From a virus, in the IMG/VR virus record IMGVR_UViG_3300046684_000188, positions 4,251 through 68,250 of that record: a stretch of 64,000 nt of DNA. One strand, written 5' to 3'. Under the pieces are notes generated by a model. The model searched no databases, had not been told where the DNA came from, and was given only the letters and a program-made list of their open reading frames with translations. Numbering within the stretch: position 1 is the first letter of the stretch; every line of letters starts with the position of its first letter. Both the position numbers and the translations under genes were made by a program. Below, piece by piece: positions 1 to 9,716 of this stretch.

Positions 1-1
1 G

Positions 2-970
2 CGCATCCACTACGACGCGATCCCGGAGCGCAACCGTATCCTCCACCCGGAATGGGAGAAGCAGGAAAAGAAGAAGTACACCACCCGCGGCTGGAAGCGC
101 GAGCAGGAAATAGACGATATGGCCGGCGGCGGCGGCAAGCTCTTCTATGACCTCCTCTCCATGTTCAAAGACGCTATCGTCATCACGGACCCGCGCTGGA
201 TGCCGGAGCCATGGTGGAAGGTGGTGGGAGGATTCGACCACGGCAAGACGAACGCTACCTGCTTAGAGAAGGCATACGTCGACGAGGAAGGCATCATTTA
301 CTTCTGCGGCGAGTTTTACCAGATGGCGACGGAGAACCATAAGAACGAGATTTGGCAGAACGTTCCAACCCTGAACGATATGCCGCACCTCGACAGGATG
401 AGCTGGTGTAGGGCTGACCCGTCCATCTTCTTTGACAAGGAAGCGCAAGCGGACGGCGCATTTACTAACATCGCCAAGATTTACAAAGACCTCGGGCTCA
501 AGGTGAAGCTCTCGACGTTCCCTACCTCGGTCCCGCGTGAGGATCTGACCTATGAGGAGAGGCTGAACGACCACTGGAAGAACCTGACCGAGAATAAGCC
601 AACCGTGCGCATCGTCTGCCGCAACTACACCGGGCGGCGCGAGCCAGGGCTCCACGCCTGGGACTCTCCCAACCTGCTTTGGGAGCTGATGCACATGCGG
701 AGGAAGGAGCTTTCTGCCCGTCAGCTCATCGAGAAGAACCCCACCGAGAACATTGTCGACAAAGACAACCACGCTTGGGACGCTTCGAAGTATCTCGTGA
801 TGAGCTTGCCGAAGCCTACGCCGATTCCGCTCGAGCACAAAATCCGGGAGATTCTAAAGAACCTCGACCCGACCAGCGCGCAGATTCGAGCGCAGCAGGT
901 TATCGCGCAGCACAAGAAAGAGAACGTCCTCCAGCCCATCCCGCTCAAGCGGCGACCGATCATACGGTAA
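2..970 (+). CDS. terL: Terminase large subunit, C-terminal RNase H-like nuclease domain (5'-truncated by the window)
   Basis: Frame is open from nt 2 (RIHYDAIPER...WKREQEIDDMAGGGG). GFDHG acidic motif, ADPS motif and C-terminal DKDNHAWDASKY match the D-H-x-x-D-A-x-[RK]-Y pattern of TerL. Confidence 0.85.
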   Translation, partial: RIHYDAIPERNRILHPEWEKQEKKKYTTRGWKREQEIDDMAGGGGKLFYDLLSMFKDAIVITDPRWMPEPWWKVVGGFDHGKTNATCLEKAYVDEEGIIYFCGEFYQMATENHKNEIWQNVPTLNDMPHLDRMSWCRADPSIFFDKEAQADGAFTNIAKIYKDLGLKVKLSTFPTSVPREDLTYEERLNDHWKNLTENKPTVRIVCRNYTGRREPGLHAWDSPNLLWELMHMRRKELSARQLIEKNPTENIVDKDNHAWDASKYLVMSLPKPTPIPLEHKIREILKNLDPTSAQIRAQQVIAQHKKENVLQPIPLKRRPIIR

Positions 971-996
971 AAAAAGGAGCCCGGTCTCCCGGGCTC
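969..996 (-). terminator. Intrinsic terminator between convergent genes
   Basis: GAGCCCGG-tctc-CCGGGCTC stem (977-996) next to A7 on the + strand, giving a U-tract on the - strand. Confidence 0.75.
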
Positions 997-1040
997 AATA
1001 CCTTTGCCGAACATATGGGCTGCTTTTTCTGTTGCCCCGT

Positions 1041-1805
1041 TTATACGCCTTGGGGCTCGGGTTCTCCAGACTTTTCTTCCTCTTTTTCCTGCTGGTCCGG
1101 GTTTTCCGTGGTTCCCTCGGGCTTTTCCTCGGTCTCCTCCGGCAATTCACCCTCAATAACCACTCCCGGGACGGGCGGAGCGGGCAAATCAACCGGCAAC
1201 CCTTGCGGCGTGCTGGCGCCTACGGGCGTATTGGCATCGGGGGAGGGGATTCCCTTGGCGGGGAACGCCTCGAGCGCGCCTTGCGCCTCGGATACAGTCA
1301 CGAACCGCTTCTGAAGCAAGCCGGTATCCGGAGGATAGGGGTTCCCGTCTTGGTCGACGATCACCATAGCCCCGGCCCCGTCCGCTACGACCTTCAGGCC
1401 CGTCCGCTCGTCGTCCATGAAAACCTCGCCCTTGGCGACCGGCCCGGCAGCGACTTCCTCGTCGAAGGTGACCTCGGGGAGAGATACGGCGGCTCCGGCT
1501 GCGGGTAGAACGTCGATCCAGAAGACGCTCTCCTTGCCTTCGGTGACGGCGGCGGCGCTCGAGTGGAGCACTCCGGAACGACGCTGGAAGACTTCCTGCC
1601 AGCGCGGCCCGCCGAGCGCATGAGCGTTGAGTGGGATAGATGGGTCCATGAAGGAGAGGGAAAGGGCTGGGGCTCCGTCGTCTCCCGCGAGGGCTGGATC
1701 TGCGTTGACTCCAAGGACGGTTCCGTAGACGGTGCGGCCGGTTCCCCCGCCGATGAAGGTGACGGCACGAACGACGTCGCCTGCTTTTACCTGAGTGTTT
1801 GCCAT
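1041..1805 (-). CDS. Hypothetical protein with acidic/Pro-rich tail
   Basis: ATG at 1805 (MANTQVKAGD) with SD CCAGGAG. The upstream part of the 406-aa ORF overlaps dnaB and is probably not translated. Confidence 0.7.
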   Translation of the reverse strand: MANTQVKAGDVVRAVTFIGGGTGRTVYGTVLGVNADPALAGDDGAPALSLSFMDPSIPLNAHALGGPRWQEVFQRRSGVLHSSAAAVTEGKESVFWIDVLPAAGAAVSLPEVTFDEEVAAGPVAKGEVFMDDERTGLKVVADGAGAMVIVDQDGNPYPPDTGLLQKRFVTVSEAQGALEAFPAKGIPSPDANTPVGASTPQGLPVDLPAPPVPGVVIEGELPEETEEKPEGTTENPDQQEKEEEKSGEPEPQGV

Positions 1806-1867
1806 GTTTGTATCTCCTGGGTTGGTTCGGGTTATGGTTTCCGGCTCCCCACTGCTAGGATGCCGCT

Positions 1868-3262
1868 TCAGAACGGGATGACTTCGCCTCCGTATTGTCT
1901 TTCGTAATACTCCATGCTCTGCTGGTCGAAGTCCGAGACGTCCGGAGCCTCGTCTTCCCAGAGCATGTACTGCCCTTGATACACGCCGGTTATGGTTGCC
2001 GTCGCACCCTCGCGGTTCTTCGCGAGAATCTGTTGACCCTTGCCCTTCAGGTCTGGATCCTTGTCGTAGTACTCCGGGCGATGCAGGAAGATGACCACGT
2101 CCGCGTCTTCCTCGATGTTGCCGGATTCCTTCAGGTCGGCCAGGACCGGGATAAAGTCTTTCCGCTTCCCCGTCTCGCGGGAGAGCTGGTTGAAGATGAC
2201 GACCGGGACGTCTAGCTCCTGCGCCATACGCTTGAGCGCCTTGGTTTGCTTGCCTACCCACTCGCGCTGCTGCATTCCCGGGCGGAAGACGTCGGACGGG
2301 TCAACGTGCGAGAGCTGGTCGATGTAGATCATATCGAGCCCATGCTCATGCTTCAGGCGGGTGCATTTGCCGTTGATCCGGGCGCATGTGAGCCCGGGCG
2401 TGTCGTCCATCCAGAGCGGAGCCTCGAGGATGCGGCGGCGGCGCTCGATGAGGGTACGCTTCTCCGCCTGATTGAGGAGGTTCTTCTTGATGCGGGTGTA
2501 GTCGGTGCGGGAGGAGAGGGCGAGCATTCGCCGGATGATGAACTTGCGTTTCTGCTCGAGGAAGAATCCAGCAGTCTTCAGACCGAGGTTCACGGAGCTG
2601 TGGTAAACCTCCTTTGCAGCCCATGCCGTCTTTCCCATCGAGGGGCGTGCGGCGACGACGATCAGCTCTCCGCGCTGGAACCCGCTGAGAACTTCGGCCA
2701 GGCGGGAGGAGCTGGGCGCGATGCCTCCCGCGGCGCTCATGGTCTCGAACATCGCCTCTTCGGCCATCTTCTCGTTCAGGAACTCCGAGACGTGCTCGAT
2801 GACGTTGCTCCCGGACTTGTTGGCGACGTCCAGCAGGAAGGATTGGAAGCGGTCGGTAATCTCGGTGGGGTTGAGCGAACCCTCCGCGGCGGTATCGAGC
2901 AGAGCATTCGCTTGTCCGATAAGCTCGCGCAGGCGCGCTTTCTCGAAGACGATGCGGGAGTAGCTGTCGACGTTCAGCTTTCGCGGGAGCCCCTCGGACA
3001 GGGAGGCGATGAATGGAACTCCGCCGATGTTGTCGAGCTGCTTAGTGCGGCGCAGCTCCTCGGAGACGGTGACAATGTCGATGGGCGACTGCTTCTTGTG
3101 AAGCGCAGCCATGGCCCCGAATATCTTTTGGTGGGAGTCGTAAAAGAAGTCGCTACGGTGCAGCTCGGCTAGACCGTCCAGAACGGCCATAGGTTCAACG
3201 AGCATAGCTCCAAGTACGGTTCGCTCGGCGTGCTCCGACACAGGTACAAGTTCAGATTCCAC
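1868..3262 (-). CDS. dnaB: Replicative DNA helicase DnaB
   Basis: N-terminal AERTVLGAML, Walker A AARPSMGKT, IYIDQL, NQLSR and LADLKESGNIEEDADVVIFLHR. GTG start with GGAG. Confidence 0.95.
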   Translation of the reverse strand: MESELVPVSEHAERTVLGAMLVEPMAVLDGLAELHRSDFFYDSHQKIFGAMAALHKKQSPIDIVTVSEELRRTKQLDNIGGVPFIASLSEGLPRKLNVDSYSRIVFEKARLRELIGQANALLDTAAEGSLNPTEITDRFQSFLLDVANKSGSNVIEHVSEFLNEKMAEEAMFETMSAAGGIAPSSSRLAEVLSGFQRGELIVVAARPSMGKTAWAAKEVYHSSVNLGLKTAGFFLEQKRKFIIRRMLALSSRTDYTRIKKNLLNQAEKRTLIERRRRILEAPLWMDDTPGLTCARINGKCTRLKHEHGLDMIYIDQLSHVDPSDVFRPGMQQREWVGKQTKALKRMAQELDVPVVIFNQLSRETGKRKDFIPVLADLKESGNIEEDADVVIFLHRPEYYDKDPDLKGKGQQILAKNREGATATITGVYQGQYMLWEDEAPDVSDFDQQSMEYYERQYGGEVIPF

Positions 3263-3287
3263 TTTGAGTCTCCATTGGCAGGGAAGG

Positions 3288-3321
3288 AAAAAGCAGGGAG
3301 CCAGCTTACACCGGCTCCCTG
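3288..3321 (-). terminator. Intrinsic terminator after groEL
   Basis: CAGGGAGCC...GGCTCCCTG 9-bp stem followed by a U-run on the - strand. Confidence 0.65.
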
Positions 3322-3338
3322 TGAGGGGTCTTGTGGAA

Positions 3339-5388
<2,050 letters not shown>

Positions 5389-5433
5389 TGGCTGGGCTCC
5401 TTGGGTGAGGCGGGGGATTGCTCCCCCGCTGGG

Positions 5434-6093
5434 TTATTTGGCGCGGGTGAGCTTGAAATTCTTGGCGACTGCCTGTACCTGGGCGTCCGTCTTCTCGTTC
5501 TGCGCCTTGCGATCCTCCGCGAGCTGGGCAACCTTCGCGTCTCGGTCGAACGGCAGCGGCGGCGGGGTGGCTTCGTCGTCGTCCTCCTCGTGGTCGTCGG
5601 CTCCTTCGCCTACCTTGGGGTTCATCTCGAGCGCCCGCTGCTGCTGCTCGAAGGTGGCATAGCACTCCATCCCCTTTTGCTCCCACGTCCAATCAAAGAC
5701 TTCTTTGCGGGCGGGAAACTTGATGGAGAAGTAAAGAGCCACTTGCGGCGCATCGCTGGACCCTACGCGCTCCATCTGGAACGTCTGTAGGTCCGAGTCG
5801 ATGATGGGTGGGAAGTTGCGGCGACCCTTCGGCGTTGGGAAGACGTCGATAGCCATGTTGGAAAAGTTGTGAGTGAACTTGATGTACTTCTGCAGGTTGC
5901 GTTCTTTAATGAGGGATTCATAGGCTACCTGAATCCACTCCGGCATCCCGGTCATAGTGTCGTCACCCTCGGTGAGGACGATAGACACGTCGAGCTTTTG
6001 GCTGCGCGTCTCTGCTGCATGGCGGATTAGGTCGGTCTTGTGGACCCTGAGACGGACCCGTTTTGTCTTTGGCGCAAAGTCGATTGCGGGCAT
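5434..6093 (-). CDS. Hypothetical protein
   Basis: 219-aa ORF with SD AAGGAG and an acidic C-terminal region. Confidence 0.75.
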   Translation of the reverse strand: MPAIDFAPKTKRVRLRVHKTDLIRHAAETRSQKLDVSIVLTEGDDTMTGMPEWIQVAYESLIKERNLQKYIKFTHNFSNMAIDVFPTPKGRRNFPPIIDSDLQTFQMERVGSSDAPQVALYFSIKFPARKEVFDWTWEQKGMECYATFEQQQRALEMNPKVGEGADDHEEDDDEATPPPLPFDRDAKVAQLAEDRKAQNEKTDAQVQAVAKNFKLTRAK

Positions 6094-6144
6094 TAGGTGG
6101 GGCTCCTTTATTTGGTCTGGGCAGCTCTGGGGAGGGCTGTACGC

Positions 6145-6846
6145 TTACTTCTTCGGTGGGGCTACGGCTGCGGGGGTTGCGGCAGGCGGAGCGGCTGCGG
6201 GTGGTGGAGGGGTGGCTGGCGCTTGTGCGGCCGGAGGCATGGTTGCTCCTGGCTGCTTCGGCTTCAGAGCAAACCAACCCTTATTCGCGTCCCAGTAGAA
6301 TTCCGGGTTCTTGCTGTCCAGTACCTCGTGAACGACCTTGTTGAGAATGTCGTTGTAGGGCATCTGCTCCCGGGTGGCTTCTGCCTGCTTGCGGGCGACA
6401 ATCTCTCCGAGATGCGCTTGTGCTGCGTCGATCTGGGTCCGCTGCAGCTCGGTAATGGACAGCTTAGGCGGGCCCGCGGCTTCCTTTTTCGCCTGAGCGT
6501 CGGCCTCCTGGCTGAAGCCGGTTGCGGTGAAGAAGCAGAAGAGCGCGATGACTACGGCCCGCACTGCACCCTCGAGCAAGGTGTACCCTTCCTCGAAGGC
6601 CTTGGCCGGGCTGAAGCTCTCGTATCCATCCTCGTACTGGACGAAGTAGCCTCCGACGACCGGCATAGGCTTGCCGCGGAGGTTGAATCGACGATCTGCA
6701 AACCGGGTATCCTCGAAGCCGACTAAGACAATCTCGTTCTCGTCGGTGGTTGAGTCGCAACCGAGATGCTCAACCGATGCTATCTTGAGCGCGTGAACCT
6801 TCTTGTGAGACTGGTACTGCGGCATAGTGGCTTGTGCTTCGGACAT
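6145..6846 (-). CDS. Phage protein: N-terminal GYxVxYxDGYxSxSP-type domain, then signal/TM segment, coiled coil and Pro/Ala tail
   Basis: ATG at 6846 with AAGGAG. Motif GGYFVQYEDGYESFSPAKAFEEGY is followed by hydrophobic VRAVVIALFCFFTATGFS. Confidence 0.7.
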   Translation of the reverse strand: MSEAQATMPQYQSHKKVHALKIASVEHLGCDSTTDENEIVLVGFEDTRFADRRFNLRGKPMPVVGGYFVQYEDGYESFSPAKAFEEGYTLLEGAVRAVVIALFCFFTATGFSQEADAQAKKEAAGPPKLSITELQRTQIDAAQAHLGEIVARKQAEATREQMPYNDILNKVVHEVLDSKNPEFYWDANKGWFALKPKQPGATMPPAAQAPATPPPPAAAPPAATPAAVAPPKK

Positions 6847-6871
6847 TGGTGGGGCTCCTTTGGTGGGTTGA

Positions 6872-7468
6872 TTAGAACGGGTCAAAGTCGAGGCTACGGG
6901 TCTTAGCCGGTGGGGGGGGAAGATTCTTGCGCTGCTCGGCCTTCTCGCGCTCCTTCTGGTCATCCTTGCGGTGTTGCATCAGTTGACCATGGCTGCGCAG
7001 ACAGGCGTAGAAGTAGGTGCGGTCGTTCTGATTTGGCCACTTCTCCATCTCGGACATAAGCGCGGTGAACAAATCGTAACTCATCTTTCCTTTTAGATTG
7101 TTGCAATCTGGGCAGCAGGGACGCAGGTTCGACAGCTCCCACGTCCCACCCTGCGCCAGGGATACGAAGTGGTCCCATTTGCAAGTGCGTATGTCGATCA
7201 GCCGGGCGTTCCTGCCAACGTCGACGCAGTAGGGGCAGCGAACCATTCCCATACCGCCGAGCAGCTTGAGCCCATGGAGCAGTAGCTCGTCCCGGGTGAA
7301 CGGGAGGCTATCCAAGCCGTTTACCCGGATCTTGCCTTTCTTTATGCCCGTCTTCCAGAGCTTCGGTTTGGCGCGGGTACGCATGGAGGAGTAGATCGAG
7401 CTGTACTGCGTGACGAGGGCTCCCTCATTCCAGAGCGTGTCCGGAAGCTCGATGCGCGGCTTACCCAT
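6872..7468 (-). CDS. HNH endonuclease
   Basis: CPYC...WDHFVSLAQGGTWELSNLRPCCPDCNNLKG. ATG at 7468 with AGGAGG. Confidence 0.85.
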   Translation of the reverse strand: MGKPRIELPDTLWNEGALVTQYSSIYSSMRTRAKPKLWKTGIKKGKIRVNGLDSLPFTRDELLLHGLKLLGGMGMVRCPYCVDVGRNARLIDIRTCKWDHFVSLAQGGTWELSNLRPCCPDCNNLKGKMSYDLFTALMSEMEKWPNQNDRTYFYACLRSHGQLMQHRKDDQKEREKAEQRKNLPPPPAKTRSLDFDPF

Positions 7469-7796
7469 TGCTGGCCTCCTTCTGAAGCTCGGCGCGTGCG
7501 GCATCCATATTTCCGTCAACCGTAATCTCCGGTCCCGGATTCCATACCCGTAGCAAGCCAACTGCATTCATATGCGCCCTCTCCGTCTCCCGCAGCTTGG
7601 CTTCGAGCGCAGCTTTATCCTCGCCCCACGCAATCATCAATCGCGTGTTGGACTCCCGAGTTTCGTCGTAGACCTTACGTAGCGCCTGTTCGCGTTCAAG
7701 GGATGCGGCCATGTACGCATCGACCTCGTTGGCGAAATAGAACTCCTGATACAGCGAGTCCTTACGCTTGATAGGCAGCTTCACTTCATCGGCCAT
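7461..7796 (-). CDS. MADEVK-family modular small protein 1
   Basis: Starts MADEVKLP after GGAGGACAAG. Shares DNA blocks with neighbouring genes. Confidence 0.75.
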   Translation of the reverse strand: MADEVKLPIKRKDSLYQEFYFANEVDAYMAASLEREQALRKVYDETRESNTRLMIAWGEDKAALEAKLRETERAHMNAVGLLRVWNPGPEITVDGNMDAARAELQKEASNG

Positions 7797-8118
7797 CTTG
7801 TCCTCCAATATCTTCAACTGAATTTCTTAGTCCGCACCATCTGCAAGAGTTTCGGCAGTGATCACCGCAATTCTGTGCTGCATCCTCTTCTTCAAGTAGG
7901 CGCTTCGCCCAAAACGAGAAGTTGTAAATTAGACCGCGTAGCGCCTGTTCGCGTTCAAGGGCGGCTAGGAGCTGCATCTTGCGACAGTGTTCATTGGAGT
8001 ATTCATCTCCAGTTCCGCCACAAGCAGCGCAATCATCACCAGCACCTTTACATACAGGACACTTTTTCCCCGTCCATCCCGCTCCATCCAACTCCGGCAG
8101 CTTCACTTCATCGGCCAT
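7786..8118 (-). CDS. MADEVK-family modular small protein 2 (CxxCxGxG Zn finger)
   Basis: MADEVKLPE start, CPVCKGAG..CAACGGTG, ends GGQDGR. Confidence 0.75.
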   Translation of the reverse strand: MADEVKLPELDGAGWTGKKCPVCKGAGDDCAACGGTGDEYSNEHCRKMQLLAALEREQALRGLIYNFSFWAKRLLEEEDAAQNCGDHCRNSCRWCGLRNSVEDIGGQDGR

Positions 8119-8668
8119 CTTGTCCCTCCCTCTGAAGCTCGGCGCGTGCCTGCGCAAGCCAACGCTCTGAAGATTGTCCGAAACCGACGCATACTATAAG
8201 CAGCGCCCTCTCCGTCTCCCGCAGCTTGGATTCGAGCGATTCGACCTCGCTCTTCAGGTTTAGCGTCACTGGGCGTTCCGGCATTCCTTCTGGTGTATCC
8301 CGTAGATGCTCAATGCAGTATCCGCATTGCATCGGGGCCATAATTAGACCCTTGCAGGTCACGCAAGTACGTGCGGCCTCGGATTCTTTGAACCAACGTT
8401 CGTACTCATCTCGCTGCTCCCTCAACTCCGCTTCGCGTTCCAGAGTTATTTTGTGAATGGCCTGTAGCGCCTGTTCGCGTTCAAGGGCTGCGGTTATATC
8501 CATAAGGGCTTGGTCCGCGACCATTCCGCTGTACGTGTCCATCGAACCGAAGCGACATTCATCTAGGGCGTCACGATTCCATTTCGCTATCCTCTGACGA
8601 ATAGCGGCGAGAGCATATGCCTCTCGTTCTTTTTCAGTAGGCTCCGGCAGCTTCACTTCATCGGCCAT
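8108..8668 (-). CDS. MADEVK-family modular small protein 3 (CxxC...CxxC)
   Basis: MADEVKLPE start, LEREQAL, CVTC/CGYC, KLRETERA, ARAELQ, ends GQDGR. Confidence 0.75.
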   Translation of the reverse strand: MADEVKLPEPTEKEREAYALAAIRQRIAKWNRDALDECRFGSMDTYSGMVADQALMDITAALEREQALQAIHKITLEREAELREQRDEYERWFKESEAARTCVTCKGLIMAPMQCGYCIEHLRDTPEGMPERPVTLNLKSEVESLESKLRETERALLIVCVGFGQSSERWLAQARAELQREGQDGR

Positions 8669-8802
8669 CTCAACACCTCTCGCACATCACGTAAATTGCG
8701 CAACTCTTGCATAATCTTGGAGTCATCCGGAGGCAAGCCTTGCTGTCTAAGCTTCCCTACTATTCTGCGGATAAGTTCCTCTCCGCTGACTTCATCGGCC
8801 AT
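8653..8802 (-). CDS. MADEV-family small protein 4 (49 aa, not in the ORF track)
   Basis: Manually translated MADEVSGEELIRRIVGKLRQQGLPPDDSKIMQELRNLRDVREVLRWPMK*, with the same SD GGAGGACAAG. Confidence 0.65.
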   Translation of the reverse strand: MADEVSGEELIRRIVGKLRQQGLPPDDSKIMQELRNLRDVREVLRWPMK

Positions 8803-9082
8803 CTTGTCCTCCAATCATCGTCTCCGTCCAGACCGGTACGACGATCCAGTCGACCTTGACCGTCTTCGGGGTGTTGTGGCTGCTGTCGGTGTAGCCAACG
8901 ACCAACTCCATATTCCAGTCCTCGAGGTTGTTGCGCCTCTTCATGGCCCCGACCTTGCTGAGGTAGATATCGAGGCGCTTAGACTGCTCCGCGTTCCAGA
9001 GGAAGCGCGGTTTCTTCCAGCCCTGACGCATCGCCATCACTGCCCACATCTTTAGCCCTCGCGGCTGCGGTGTCTTCTTCAT
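8792..9082 (-). CDS. Hypothetical protein
   Basis: ATG at 9082 (MKKTPQPRG) overlaps the upstream stop. Ends in the shared IGGQDGR joint. Confidence 0.65.
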   Translation of the reverse strand: MKKTPQPRGLKMWAVMAMRQGWKKPRFLWNAEQSKRLDIYLSKVGAMKRRNNLEDWNMELVVGYTDSSHNTPKTVKVDWIVVPVWTETMIGGQDGR

Positions 9083-9273
9083 TGGCGAACCCCTTTCCCG
9101 GAACAATAGCTGCAAGTCTGAAAATCCAGCGTCTCGCCGGAGCCTCCGCAACGGTCGCAAAGCTCGGGCTCCTCCGCGTCTCCCGCCTCCTCTACCTCCG
9201 GAGGCGGGACAACAGCATCGGGTAACGCTGGGACGGGTGTATCGGGCGGAAAGAACTCGGTCAGTTCTTCCAC
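9079..9273 (-). CDS. Small DnaJ-type Zn-finger protein
   Basis: CDRCGGSG...CSYCSGKG. Confidence 0.65.
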   Translation of the reverse strand: MEELTEFFPPDTPVPALPDAVVPPPEVEEAGDAEEPELCDRCGGSGETLDFQTCSYCSGKGVRQ

Positions 9274-9716
9274 TTGTTATTCCCCGCCGTCTCGAGGAGC
9301 GCAAGCTCTTCGGGTGTAAGCTGCGCCTTCTTTACCGCCAGGGCTCCCTCTATACGCTTGCGCTCGTGCGGCTCCATGTTCGGACCCACCTCACGAACGA
9401 ACCGCTCTAAGGACAGGGTGAGGAATATCCGCGTGAATATCTCCAACCCCTCCGGCGTGAAGCTCTCGGCGATCGAGCGGGCAGTAGAGCTGGCGATGTG
9501 CTGCATACATCCGTCTATCGCCATCCCCCCGCGCACCCTCGTCTCGTCACCCTCCAGGCGGAGTATGGTCACGCAAAACAAGCCGTGAACCCCGTAGCGG
9601 ACGGCAATCTCGTCCAGTTCGTGGAGAAGCTGCTTATTGGCTGCTTCGGCTACCTCCGGCGTGTATCCCTTGCCGAGGTCGTTATCCTTCATGTGCTTAG
9701 TCTCGTCTGGTCTCAC
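9261..9716 (-). CDS. Hypothetical protein
   Basis: 151-aa ORF with coupled start/stop overlaps on both sides. Confidence 0.65.
   Translation of the reverse strand: MRPDETKHMKDNDLGKGYTPEVAEAANKQLLHELDEIAVRYGVHGLFCVTILRLEGDETRVRGGMAIDGCMQHIASSTARSIAESFTPEGLEIFTRIFLTLSLERFVREVGPNMEPHERKRIEGALAVKKAQLTPEELALLETAGNNKWKN

Larger units (their letters stand above)
7481..8815. repeat. Interspersed direct repeats (four block types) across the MADEV gene array
   Basis: Block A (g)gcagcttcacttcatcggccatct at 7774, 8096 and 8646, partial at 8789. Block B gtagcgcctgttcgcgttcaaggg at 7679, 7938 and 8464. Block C tctgaagctcggcgcgtgc at 7481 and 8131. Block D gcgccctctccgtctcccgcagcttggNttcgagcg at 7574 and 8203. 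Confidence 0.92.

Noticed and set aside
1806-2261. N-terminal 152 aa of the 406-aa ORF
   Set aside because: It overlaps dnaB out of frame, and a good SD and ATG exist at 1805.
7481-8815. CRISPR array
   Set aside because: There are four different repeat types, the spacing is irregular (about 50-230 bp), and all repeats lie in frame inside genes. No cas1/cas2 is present.
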